From the IMG/VR virus record IMGVR_UViG_3300045988_115142: DNA of 64,000 nt. One strand, 5' to 3'. Source of the DNA: a virus. The position numbers were made by a program, and so were the translations under genes. Positions 53,459 through 62,546 of the stretch are shown piece after piece. Below the pieces are notes generated by a model. It had not been told where the DNA came from. It worked only from the letters and a program-made list of their open reading frames with translations, and made no database searches. Every line of letters starts with the position of its first letter. The stretch's first letter is position 1.

Positions 53459-55405
53459 ATGGCAATCGTAGGCTCTACAGATAATGCTAATAAAGAGATT
53501 CTTCGTGGTTACGAACAAGACTCCATGCATGAAACTGCTGCTCGCTTTGTTGAATTAGCACGTGCAGCTAAACAAGAATCCGGCTTGGATATCTTCAATA
53601 ACCCAACAGAATTCTTAACTAATAACCTTGGTAAAGAAGATCTTAAATCTTTCTTCGTAAACGAATCTTACGACGCAGAAGATCCTCGTTTCAAAGGCAA
53701 CTCCGCTGCTCTTCGTTCTCACTTAGAAAACATGGAAATGTTGTTCGAAAACGACGTACAAGCAGCTGTTACTGAATCCACTAACTTGGGTGCATTGTCC
53801 CCAGTAATCGGTATGGTAACACCAATCCATAAAAATATCTTGATGAACGCTGTTTATGATCAAGTAATGCCAAAAGACGTTTCCCGTAGCCCTAAATTCA
53901 CTTTGACTATGGAAACTCGTAACTTGGTTGATACTAAAGGCAACAAAATCGATATGTATGCTGAACAAAACTTGATCAAGAAAGCTATCGATGAATCCGT
54001 TCCTACATTCGACAAAGTTATCACTACTTTGCCTGAACAAGAAGCTACTGACTTCGTTGCTGAAGCAGTTGCAGCTAATGTAATTGACGCTTCCGTTCAA
54101 TCCATTGCTAACCTTTCCATGCGTACAGAAGTTTTTGGCGTTGTAGTTAAAAACGTATACGTAGAAAAAGGCGAAATGGTTTGGGATGCTACTCAACAAA
54201 AAGAAGTTCCTGCTACAGCAGCTGGTGCTAACTCCGTATTGTTCAAATTACATGCATTCTTCACTCCTGGTTATGGCGACCATGTTCGTCAAATGCATCG
54301 TGCATTCATGATTTCCTTCAAGAAAAATGCTACTGATACAGTAACTGCTTCTGGTACAATCATGGGTTACTTGAATGAAAAGAACCGTATGTTGCTTCAA
54401 TGTGGTCCATTGAAAGTTAAAGACGGTGCTACTGAAGCATTCGATACTACTACTTTCTTGGTAGAAGCACTTGTTGTTCGTGCTGTATTTGATGTATCTT
54501 CCGCTGCATTCCCAACTGTTAAAGTTGAATGGTCCAGTACTACAGATATCTTCCAAATTCCAGAAGCTCCACATGTAACTGTACCTATCACTCCAGAAGA
54601 AGTTAAAGACGTTCAAGCTCTTTATGACGTAAACCAAGTTACAAAACTTATGTCCATGATCCGCCTTGCTCTTCTTCATTGGAAAGATGATTCCATCCGT
54701 GATGATCTTGATGCTTCTTACTTGGCTATGCCTGAATCCAAACAATACAAAGCAGCATTTGACTTCACACCTCCAATTAACTTCACTGGTCTTCCAGTAG
54801 TATGGCGTAATGGTCAATTCATGGATCGTTTGGAAACTATGGTTACTGAAATGCTCCAAGAATTGAATGATGAAAACATGACTATCGCTATCTTCGGTCG
54901 TCCTGACTTGATCCGTCGTATTGCTCCTCAACAATACACTTATCAAACAGCTTCCAACATCGGTCCTGTTGAATTAGACTTCACTCGCACTGTTGTTACT
55001 TCCGAACATCGTGTATACAACTTCATCTCCACTAACAAAATGCGTAACAACAATAACTTCGTAGTATTGTTGATTCCTCGTAACTCCATGCGTATTACTT
55101 ACAAAGTGGTAGATTACCAAATGTACTTAAGCAACGAAATTCGTGATGCTCGTCAAACTGCATTGCCAGCTATGACTGCATTCGAACGTTGGTTATTCTT
55201 ACAATATCAACCTGTTCAAGGACGTATGCATATTATGAATCCTACTGGCTTACGCAACAACCCTGAAGACGACGTTAAAGACTTCATCGGTGCTAATGCT
55301 ATGAACGATTACACTGCTAACCGTGCAGATTATGCTAACGAAGTTAACGGTGTAGTTGATCCAGCTACAGGTCACTTCCAAATTCCACCTATCAAAACTA
55401 ACTAA
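53459..55405 (+). CDS. Abundant virion structural protein, probably major capsid protein
   Basis: 648 aa with a strong SD. Codon usage is markedly shifted towards CGT/GCT/GGT/GTT/TTC/AAC compared with its neighbours. Preceded by the polyacidic scaffold-like gene and followed by a strong terminator. Identity is by context only; tail sheath or another abundant protein is not excluded. Confidence 0.4.
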   Translation: MAIVGSTDNANKEILRGYEQDSMHETAARFVELARAAKQESGLDIFNNPTEFLTNNLGKEDLKSFFVNESYDAEDPRFKGNSAALRSHLENMEMLFENDVQAAVTESTNLGALSPVIGMVTPIHKNILMNAVYDQVMPKDVSRSPKFTLTMETRNLVDTKGNKIDMYAEQNLIKKAIDESVPTFDKVITTLPEQEATDFVAEAVAANVIDASVQSIANLSMRTEVFGVVVKNVYVEKGEMVWDATQQKEVPATAAGANSVLFKLHAFFTPGYGDHVRQMHRAFMISFKKNATDTVTASGTIMGYLNEKNRMLLQCGPLKVKDGATEAFDTTTFLVEALVVRAVFDVSSAAFPTVKVEWSSTTDIFQIPEAPHVTVPITPEEVKDVQALYDVNQVTKLMSMIRLALLHWKDDSIRDDLDASYLAMPESKQYKAAFDFTPPINFTGLPVVWRNGQFMDRLETMVTEMLQELNDENMTIAIFGRPDLIRRIAPQQYTYQTASNIGPVELDFTRTVVTSEHRVYNFISTNKMRNNNNFVVLLIPRNSMRITYKVVDYQMYLSNEIRDARQTALPAMTAFERWLFLQYQPVQGRMHIMNPTGLRNNPEDDVKDFIGANAMNDYTANRADYANEVNGVVDPATGHFQIPPIKTN

Positions 55406-55426
55406 TTTCTAAGTGACTAATAATCG

Positions 55427-55452
55427 GGACTAGAGGATAATTCCTCTAGTCC
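55427..55452 (+). terminator. Intrinsic terminator
   Basis: GGACTAGAGGA-TAAT-TCCTCTAGTCC followed by TCTTTTATTT. Confidence 0.85.
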
Positions 55453-55481
55453 TCTTTTATTTCCTTAGAGGAGGGTGCGAA

Positions 55482-56594
55482 ATGCAAAAAGACGATACTG
55501 CCTTGTTCGAAAGCATTGGTGAGTTACGATACGAACTGATGCAATTAAAGGTTGATCCTGATAATTCTGCGTTACTATCTTCCATTAAGAGAATACTTAA
55601 CGATATTTTCGATGACTCGAAATGTGAAGACGTTATCTTTACTAATAATACAGATAAAATCTTCTTTGGTCTAACGGTAATGCCCGTGTTTAATGACTCT
55701 CAACAGGTCGTCGATATAGTTTTAAACAGTACTAACTTTGCTATATCCAAATATCGTGTTGAGATCGATTCTAAGCTTCTTGATAATTACACAGGATTGA
55801 ATATTGATGAAATTACTTCTATCTTATTACACGAAGTAGCTTCTCTGGTATACAATGACACTCCTGCTCGTAAAGCTCGCTACTTAATCGATTTGTGTTT
55901 AACTCAAAATAATACAAATATCAAGATCTCCAGCTATATCTCCTATGTGGAGTTATTAGCTTATGGTCTTAAAGAAGCGATCCGTAAATCAGCTTCCATT
56001 TTCTACGTTAAAGATAATGGTGCTATTCAAGAATTTGATGACGCATTAGAATTGACTCGATTCTTAGAAAGTGCTATTGCTAAATTAGATGCTCTTGGTT
56101 ATCTATATGATAAAGGTACCAATGCAGCTGAAGTAGTTATTAAATGGACTTTACGTCTATATAAGGATATCCTTACATACCGTATTCCAGCTTTACATAC
56201 TATCAATAAATCTTGTTTAGTAACAGCATCTGAATTGGAACAAGATGAGTTGAAGAATGTTGCTCGTCATTTAACTCGTATTGATGATTCTTTCTTGATT
56301 CAAGAGTCTGGTATTCTTGCCGATACTCCTGATAAGAAAGATATTGTTGCTAAGTTAAATGAACGCAAATCTATTAAGAGTTTCTTTGATACATTTGCAG
56401 AAACAGTTGCTCTTGGCAAAACTGCAAAGACTATTACTGAAGCTCAAGATTTATTCTTTAAATCTAACAGCGAGATGAGTCAAATCAAATATTATCTAGA
56501 AAATAATGAGCTTGATGCAAAGACAGCTAAGGATTTGGACAGATTGTATTGTCGATATGATATCATCAGGACTTCCTTACATACTAAGATCTAA
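55482..56594 (+). CDS. Hypothetical protein with degenerate HExxH-like site (LLHEVASL)
   Basis: GAGGAGGG upstream. DEITSILLHEVASLVYN resembles the metalloprotease helix of 30428..31531 but lacks the second His. Confidence 0.7.
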   Translation: MQKDDTALFESIGELRYELMQLKVDPDNSALLSSIKRILNDIFDDSKCEDVIFTNNTDKIFFGLTVMPVFNDSQQVVDIVLNSTNFAISKYRVEIDSKLLDNYTGLNIDEITSILLHEVASLVYNDTPARKARYLIDLCLTQNNTNIKISSYISYVELLAYGLKEAIRKSASIFYVKDNGAIQEFDDALELTRFLESAIAKLDALGYLYDKGTNAAEVVIKWTLRLYKDILTYRIPALHTINKSCLVTASELEQDELKNVARHLTRIDDSFLIQESGILADTPDKKDIVAKLNERKSIKSFFDTFAETVALGKTAKTITEAQDLFFKSNSEMSQIKYYLENNELDAKTAKDLDRLYCRYDIIRTSLHTKI

Positions 56595-56608
56595 TCTTAA
56601 TATATAAT

Positions 56609-56634
56609 GAGAGTACCCAATATTGGGTACTCTC
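56609..56634 (+). terminator. Intrinsic terminator, perfect 26-nt palindrome
   Basis: GAGAGTACCCAATATTGGGTACTCTC followed by TTTCTTTTCG. Confidence 0.85.
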
Positions 56635-56751
56635 TTTCTTTTCGTAGATTGTTAATTTTAATATTTAATATAACAAACTAGTAAAAGTAATTATAAGCAT
56701 TAGCTTATTATTGTATTTAGTTAAATTATATTTTTTTAGGAGGCTATTATC

Positions 56752-57462
56752 ATGGCACTAGGAGACAACAACAATCGCGAATTAAGACCTACAGTATACT
56801 CTGGTTATACTTTCTACAACACACGTTCTGAGAAAGCTAAATCTCGTATGAACTTCTCTATGTGGAAGAATACTATTAAACTTTCTATCGAACGTATGGT
56901 AAAAGAATCTAACGACGGTTATGGTGCAGAATTCGATACAGAAAATCCAGCATTATTATACTTAACTGCTTCTAAAGCATTAGTATTGGCTGATCTTCTT
57001 AAAGCTTACTTACGTGACCCAGAACAATACTCTGGTTTCGGTGTAGAATCTGCACGTGCATTGATTACTATCACTCGTGAAGGTGATGACGATGTTCTTA
57101 CTGTATCTACTAAGAACGGTTCTGAAATCGGTGATGGTTTATCTTATGTATTAAATCATTCTTTCCCTGTAGTTGAAAAAGTTAAAGAAGATGGTAGTAT
57201 TTCTTACAATAATTCTTTTGCTTCTTCTACAGATATCAAACAATTGATTTTCCAATTGGATGACTATGTACATGCAATGAATAATACTATTGCTTTCTCT
57301 GTTATTGATAACTTGGCTAGAAACACTCAATCTAAATATAGCTTCTTGAAAGAAGCATTAAGTGGTGGTTCTTCCTATGGTAACAATAATGGTGGTAGCC
57401 GTTATGGCAAAGGTTCTGCAAGCCAAAACAACGAAGTTGACGACTTAGACGACTTCATGTAA
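56752..57462 (+). CDS. Putative single-stranded DNA-binding protein
   Basis: Architecture only: a ~190-aa folded region, a G/S/N/Y-rich linker (GGSSYGNNNGGSRYGKGSASQNN), and an acidic tip ending in aromatic/hydrophobic residues (EVDDLDDFM). This is the pattern of bacterial SSB and T7 gp2.5 tails. Codon usage suggests high expression. Confidence 0.45.
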   Translation: MALGDNNNRELRPTVYSGYTFYNTRSEKAKSRMNFSMWKNTIKLSIERMVKESNDGYGAEFDTENPALLYLTASKALVLADLLKAYLRDPEQYSGFGVESARALITITREGDDDVLTVSTKNGSEIGDGLSYVLNHSFPVVEKVKEDGSISYNNSFASSTDIKQLIFQLDDYVHAMNNTIAFSVIDNLARNTQSKYSFLKEALSGGSSYGNNNGGSRYGKGSASQNNEVDDLDDFM

Positions 57463-57492
57463 TAGACAAAATATACTAAAGAAGATACAATG

Positions 57493-57519
57493 GAGAGTAT
57501 ACGATATCCGTATACTCTC
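57493..57519 (+). terminator. Intrinsic terminator
   Basis: GAGAGTATACG-ATATC-CGTATACTCTC followed by TATACTTCGTTT, a weak T-run. Confidence 0.65.
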
Positions 57520-57544
57520 TATACTTCGTTTCAGGTAGGTTTAT

Positions 57545-58231
57545 ATGGATACTACTATTAAATACGTAACTAAGAACTTTATTGAATTTGAAGTATTATT
57601 TGATTTAGATTTGGCTATAGCTCAGTATATCTTATTGAATACTAAGAATACTAATTTCATTGATAAATCTATTAGGGAATCCAAGGTAGAGATCACTAAT
57701 AATTATCTTAAGAATAAGCTACTATATAGAAAGTATGATAATCCATTATCTGCAGTATTGGATAATAAATACAAAGATAGCTTTGACGACATATTGGAAT
57801 CTATCATGAAAGATCACGCTGATGATGTATATGAAAGAATTATTCCTACAGATCTATTACAAGCTATCAATGCTATGGGTGTAGCTGATGATATTATCAA
57901 ATCTAGAATCAAATGTAATAACGAAAAACAAGTCAATATAGTTGAGAAATATTCTGAGGTATTGGAGACAGTTAGAACCAATGAATTATTCGAAGATTCT
58001 ACTTCTCTATTTATCAAATACCTTAATAATATTCAAGATTATGCTCCTATTGGTGGTAAATACATTTATATCGTTAAAGGTAATTACAATCTAGGTCCAA
58101 ATTTTCTCCCAAGTCCAGTTGTAACTATATTGGGAGAACAAAATGTAATACGGATGGTTGATATCTATTCCAATATCACTATTCCAGAAGTAAACTTGGA
58201 GGATTATATTAATGAACACAGCAAGAATTAA
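57545..58231 (+). CDS. Hypothetical protein
   Basis: Track ORF. Overlaps the chaperonin start by 20 nt. Confidence 0.7.
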   Translation: MDTTIKYVTKNFIEFEVLFDLDLAIAQYILLNTKNTNFIDKSIRESKVEITNNYLKNKLLYRKYDNPLSAVLDNKYKDSFDDILESIMKDHADDVYERIIPTDLLQAINAMGVADDIIKSRIKCNNEKQVNIVEKYSEVLETVRTNELFEDSTSLFIKYLNNIQDYAPIGGKYIYIVKGNYNLGPNFLPSPVVTILGEQNVIRMVDIYSNITIPEVNLEDYINEHSKN

Positions 58232-60014
58232 AGCGGTTTCTAATATTGTACCTAAAAACGTTCTTCGTGAAGTCCAATTAGAAACTATTGAACGTATAGC
58301 TAATGCTTTGGCTAACTCTTATGGTCCATCTGGTTCCACTACACTCATTCGTAAAGGTGATGATGTAAAAGGTTCTGGTGTGACTGCTTATACTAAAGAT
58401 GGTCATAGTATTTTAGGAGCTATTAAGTTCAATAAACCTATCGAAATGAGTATTCTCGATGATCTTAAAGATATTACTCGCAATACTGTTAAAACAGTTG
58501 GTGATGGTACAACATCTGCTGTAATCCTCTCCTATGAAATCTTCCGTGCATTGAACGAAATCATTAGCGACCACGCCAATTTCACCGAAAAGGCTGTAGT
58601 CGCTGAACTACAGAAAGTAGTTAAAGATATTACTACTATTATTGAAAATAGTAAGCAAAAACCTACTATTGATAAAATCTACCAAATTGCTTTGACATCT
58701 ACTGATGGTAATGAAGAAGTAGCTAGCTCTATTCGTGAAATCTACGAACAATTTGGTCTTGGTGTATATATCGACGTAGGTATTTCTAATACTACTAACC
58801 ACATGGTGAAAACTTATGAAGGTTTGACTATTGATGGTGGTTATTTCAATCCATGCTTCATAAACCGTGCCAAAGACGCTGTTTCTGAACTTCAAAATCC
58901 TAATATTTACATTTTTGAAGACCCTATTGATAATAACTACACGCTTAATCTTTGCTACAAGATTGTAGAGCAAAATTTAATTGCTCCTTTAACTAAATAC
59001 AATACTTTGGTTCAACAAGGTAACCAAGCTGAAGCAGATGCTGTAATTACTAATGAACTTAAGGCAACTGCAATCATTACTCCTACATTTGGTCGTGATA
59101 TTCGTTCCCAAATGGATAGTATCATCGATATGATGAGTAGTTCTAAAATTGAACAACGTGCTCCATTGACTATTATCACTGGTATGACTGATGTAGATCG
59201 TCTTGCTGACTTAGCTACTATGACTGGTGCTAAGACTATCAAGAAATATGTAGATCCTGAAGTTCAAAAATCTGATGTAGAAAAAGGTATTGCTCCTACA
59301 TTGGATAATGTGGCTACTGAATTCGGTGGTAAAGCTGAATTATTAGTTGCTGATACTAAAACTACTAAAGTTATTAACCCAGAATTAATGTTTGATATTG
59401 ATGAAGAAGGTAAACGAGTATTCAGCAGTGAATATAGCAATCTTCTTGCTTCTTTAGAAGCTCAATTAGCTCAATTGGATACAGTAAAAGAATCTGCTAC
59501 TGAAGTAAATGTACTTCGTCGCCGTATTCAATCTTTGAAATGTAATATGGTAGATTACTTAATCGGTGGCGTATCTTATACTGACCGTGATGCATTAAAA
59601 GATGCTGTAGAAGATGCTGTTCTTAACTGTCGTTCTGCTGCTAAAGAAGGTATTGGTTATGCTGCTAACTTCGAAGGTCTTCGTGCTGCTCATGAAGTTG
59701 CTGAAGTTACTTCTAACCTAAGCCCAATTAGAGAGGCTGTAAGCAATGCTGTATATAAAGCATATGCTAATACAGTTGCTCGTATCTATGTAGACTATAT
59801 GGCGGTTGAAGATATTGAGCAAGATGATTTGATTAAAACTCTTATTGAACGTAATAAACCTATTGATGTAACTGGTAATGATCGTGAAGTATTATCTTCT
59901 ATCAAAACAGACCCAACTACATTACAAGCTATTGTAGATATCGTAGGTTTGATGTTCAAAACAAATCAATTCTTGTGCCCAATTCCAGATATGAATACAT
60001 ATACTGCTGAATAG
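58212..60014 (+). CDS. GroEL-like (group I-type) chaperonin
   Basis: The N-terminal ~110 aa align position by position with the GroEL equatorial domain (LANSYGPSGSTTLI.. versus VTLGPKGRNVVL; TKDGHSILGAIKF versus TKDGVSVAREIEL). This includes the nucleotide-binding GDGTT motif (VGDGTTSAVILSYEIF). The 600-aa length fits. Confidence 0.8.
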   Translation: MNTARIKAVSNIVPKNVLREVQLETIERIANALANSYGPSGSTTLIRKGDDVKGSGVTAYTKDGHSILGAIKFNKPIEMSILDDLKDITRNTVKTVGDGTTSAVILSYEIFRALNEIISDHANFTEKAVVAELQKVVKDITTIIENSKQKPTIDKIYQIALTSTDGNEEVASSIREIYEQFGLGVYIDVGISNTTNHMVKTYEGLTIDGGYFNPCFINRAKDAVSELQNPNIYIFEDPIDNNYTLNLCYKIVEQNLIAPLTKYNTLVQQGNQAEADAVITNELKATAIITPTFGRDIRSQMDSIIDMMSSSKIEQRAPLTIITGMTDVDRLADLATMTGAKTIKKYVDPEVQKSDVEKGIAPTLDNVATEFGGKAELLVADTKTTKVINPELMFDIDEEGKRVFSSEYSNLLASLEAQLAQLDTVKESATEVNVLRRRIQSLKCNMVDYLIGGVSYTDRDALKDAVEDAVLNCRSAAKEGIGYAANFEGLRAAHEVAEVTSNLSPIREAVSNAVYKAYANTVARIYVDYMAVEDIEQDDLIKTLIERNKPIDVTGNDREVLSSIKTDPTTLQAIVDIVGLMFKTNQFLCPIPDMNTYTAE

Positions 60015-60044
60015 TAAAATAAATTATGTAAGGGAGGGATATGA

Positions 60045-60818
60045 TTGTCCGTCGAAACTACATTTGCTAATTATATACGACGACCTGGTATTGTCGGGAG
60101 TACTACACCACAAATTAAACTAATTGAAATGGATGCTCGTCAAAGATATGAACGTATCTTGATGCGGGAAGGTGGTAGTTTAAAGTTTTATCAATTCAAA
60201 GACGATAAAAACGATACCTATTATATTCATATCAAAGTCCCATCAGAAGTATTAGATAAATTCTATTACGATGTGATTATAAAGTTCTGTGGTCATACAG
60301 GTACAGAATCTTATCCTACCCTTACTAACTATAATATTCAAGTCTTCTCTAATGACCCCGCTTTCTGTTATACATATGCCTATGTATTTAATAAAGAAGG
60401 GATGTTAATTAAAGACTTTGCTGATAAGATTGGTCCAGACTTCTTAAAGAGTAAGCCTAGAGAACGAAATCCTAAAGAAACTTTTGGATTTGTTAAATCT
60501 CTATACTTTGCTTACTTCTTTATGGAGCAAAAGAAGTTATTTGAAAAACGTTGGTGGGATAAAGCTAAGCCTTATAAAGCTGATGCTATATCCCGCAACA
60601 TTATGAAGGCTGATTCTAAGATTGTTAAGCGTCAAAGAGAAGCAGAACAGCTTAGAAAAACTGAGAAGGCTACTAAACAAACCCCTCAACCTCCTAGAAA
60701 TACTTTCACTGGAAGTGATCATGTCAAGCCAGCTAGAGTTGCTAGCGGTGTACGTAAAACAGGGACTGTTAAAACTACCAAGACAGTACGTACAACTAAG
60801 GCGATTCGAAAAAGATAA
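60045..60818 (+). CDS. Hypothetical protein with basic C-terminal tail
   Basis: TTG start with GGGAGGG 7 nt upstream. The C-terminal ~70 aa are Lys/Arg/Thr-rich (KTGTVKTTKTVRTTKAIRKR). Confidence 0.65.
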   Translation: MSVETTFANYIRRPGIVGSTTPQIKLIEMDARQRYERILMREGGSLKFYQFKDDKNDTYYIHIKVPSEVLDKFYYDVIIKFCGHTGTESYPTLTNYNIQVFSNDPAFCYTYAYVFNKEGMLIKDFADKIGPDFLKSKPRERNPKETFGFVKSLYFAYFFMEQKKLFEKRWWDKAKPYKADAISRNIMKADSKIVKRQREAEQLRKTEKATKQTPQPPRNTFTGSDHVKPARVASGVRKTGTVKTTKTVRTTKAIRKR

Positions 60819-60895
60819 TATAGCTGTATATTATAGAAATGAAGAAGGTTATTTGATCTTTATAAATAACCTAAAATCCATTTAGGAGGGTTAAA

Positions 60896-62482
60896 ATGGT
60901 AGAAGAATTAAAGAACGTTTTTATTGATCTCGGAGAAGCTCAGCCATTTGTCTATGTAGATGACTGGGTTCCTCAACCTGAAGACTTTATTTTTACAACC
61001 TCAAAAGGTTTAATTGAATTGAATGATATCGCTAGGATCTATGGCTTAGAAGATCATCATCCAATTGCTTTCTATTCGATGGCTAGTAAGAAATGCTACA
61101 ATGGTGCAACTGTAGTAAAACCAAATGGCGATGTATCCATTGGTTTCCGTGACCATTGTATTCATTATCTTAACTATTTCGAAAAGTTTTATGATACTGA
61201 ACATACTGTAGTTAATATTTTAGCTCAGTTGAAGTATCTAATTGAATATCTTGAAGGGTATAATGAAGATAAGTTGGTATCGGATATCCAACGTTACTTC
61301 ATTTCTAAGGATAGTAATCCTGTACTCCATTATGATATCCATAGATTTGTAAGGGATAATTATAATATACATTTAACGTATAAGAATAAGAATAATCCAT
61401 GTCTAGAATATAGAGATTATCATGCTTGTATTTTGTTTGAAATTTCTATTCTTCAAAATATGATTATTCCTACTCTTATTCATTTCTCTTATCTACATCA
61501 ATACACAAACCAAGATATCCAAAGACTCTTATTGAGAGTATTTGATAATATCTTATTTGAAGTAGATAATAAATACAATGTCGATATGGCTTCTAAGTTA
61601 TTTGAAACTATCTTGACAAATGTAAATAAAAATAAGAAGGGTAATCCAGTGTTATGGGATATGCAAGAAATCCGAGCTCGTAATCCTATTTCACATGCAA
61701 TGGAAACCCAACAAAATATTTTGGTACAAATCATTCCAAAATATTCATTCAAAGAAAATATCATCTCGTTTAACTTCTTCTCTATTCAAAATGATTTGAA
61801 TAATAAAGTTCTACGAGCTAAGTATGAGTATGCTTTAGCATCAGTATCTTCTTCCAATGTGGATGAAGATAATAATTCTGAAGCAGATAAGTTCGAAGCT
61901 CACTTAGCTAAGATGAATGAATCAGCAGTTATTCAATCTACATTAAACTGTAATCAAACAATTCAACGTATTGAAGCTTTATATGGTCCATTCTCTGAAG
62001 ATGAAATTAATTTCTATATGAAAGAGCTTGGTAAAGAAGGTAAGAATATCAAAAACCAATTCCAATTCAATTTGGTTTCTTATCTATTCTTAAAAGAGTT
62101 TAAAGATATCCAAGCAGTTAAGTTAGTTACATTTAGACAATATGTGATTATGCTATTAGCTGCTAAGAAGTATCTTATCTCAGCTGGTCAATCTCTATTA
62201 CCATATATCATTGGTGGTAGAGTAGAAAAGATTGTTAGTCGTAAGACTGTAAATAAGAAGATTCTTCAAAAGATTCAATTCTCCGAAAACTATCCTAAAA
62301 TAGTTGCTAAATACAATAATAAGAAAATCCAAGAAGAAATCATCTTTAAAACAATCTCCCAAATCTTAGCCTCTGATTTCAGAAATATTGACTTCTATAA
62401 TCAAGAGCTTAATGGAATCAAAATCCAATGTATTCCAGAAAAGATTTCTGAAGAGTTGCTTCAATATATTCTGTTAATTTAA
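60896..62482 (+). CDS. Hypothetical protein
   Basis: 528-aa track ORF with AGGAGGG upstream. No motif recognised. Confidence 0.8.
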   Translation: MVEELKNVFIDLGEAQPFVYVDDWVPQPEDFIFTTSKGLIELNDIARIYGLEDHHPIAFYSMASKKCYNGATVVKPNGDVSIGFRDHCIHYLNYFEKFYDTEHTVVNILAQLKYLIEYLEGYNEDKLVSDIQRYFISKDSNPVLHYDIHRFVRDNYNIHLTYKNKNNPCLEYRDYHACILFEISILQNMIIPTLIHFSYLHQYTNQDIQRLLLRVFDNILFEVDNKYNVDMASKLFETILTNVNKNKKGNPVLWDMQEIRARNPISHAMETQQNILVQIIPKYSFKENIISFNFFSIQNDLNNKVLRAKYEYALASVSSSNVDEDNNSEADKFEAHLAKMNESAVIQSTLNCNQTIQRIEALYGPFSEDEINFYMKELGKEGKNIKNQFQFNLVSYLFLKEFKDIQAVKLVTFRQYVIMLLAAKKYLISAGQSLLPYIIGGRVEKIVSRKTVNKKILQKIQFSENYPKIVAKYNNKKIQEEIIFKTISQILASDFRNIDFYNQELNGIKIQCIPEKISEELLQYILLI

Positions 62483-62492
62483 GACAATTAAT

Positions 62493-62518
62493 TCCAGAGA
62501 CTAATATTAGTCTCTGGA
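62493..62518 (+). terminator. Intrinsic terminator, perfect 26-nt palindrome
   Basis: TCCAGAGACTAATATTAGTCTCTGGA followed by GTTTTATTTG. Confidence 0.85.
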
Positions 62519-62546
62519 GTTTTATTTGCTAAAAGGAGGTGAGATT

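Noticed and set aside
53723-54946. Minus-strand ORFs 53723..54199 (158 aa) and 54248..54946 (232 aa) antisense to the capsid-like gene
   Set aside because: They have no SD and an implausible composition. They lie wholly inside a strongly codon-biased + strand gene, and biased codons suppress antisense stops.
53459-55405. Calling this protein a chimallin-type phage nucleus shell
   Set aside because: I cannot recall or recognise any diagnostic sequence match. Context next to a scaffold-like gene favours capsid. It is kept only as an alternative to test.
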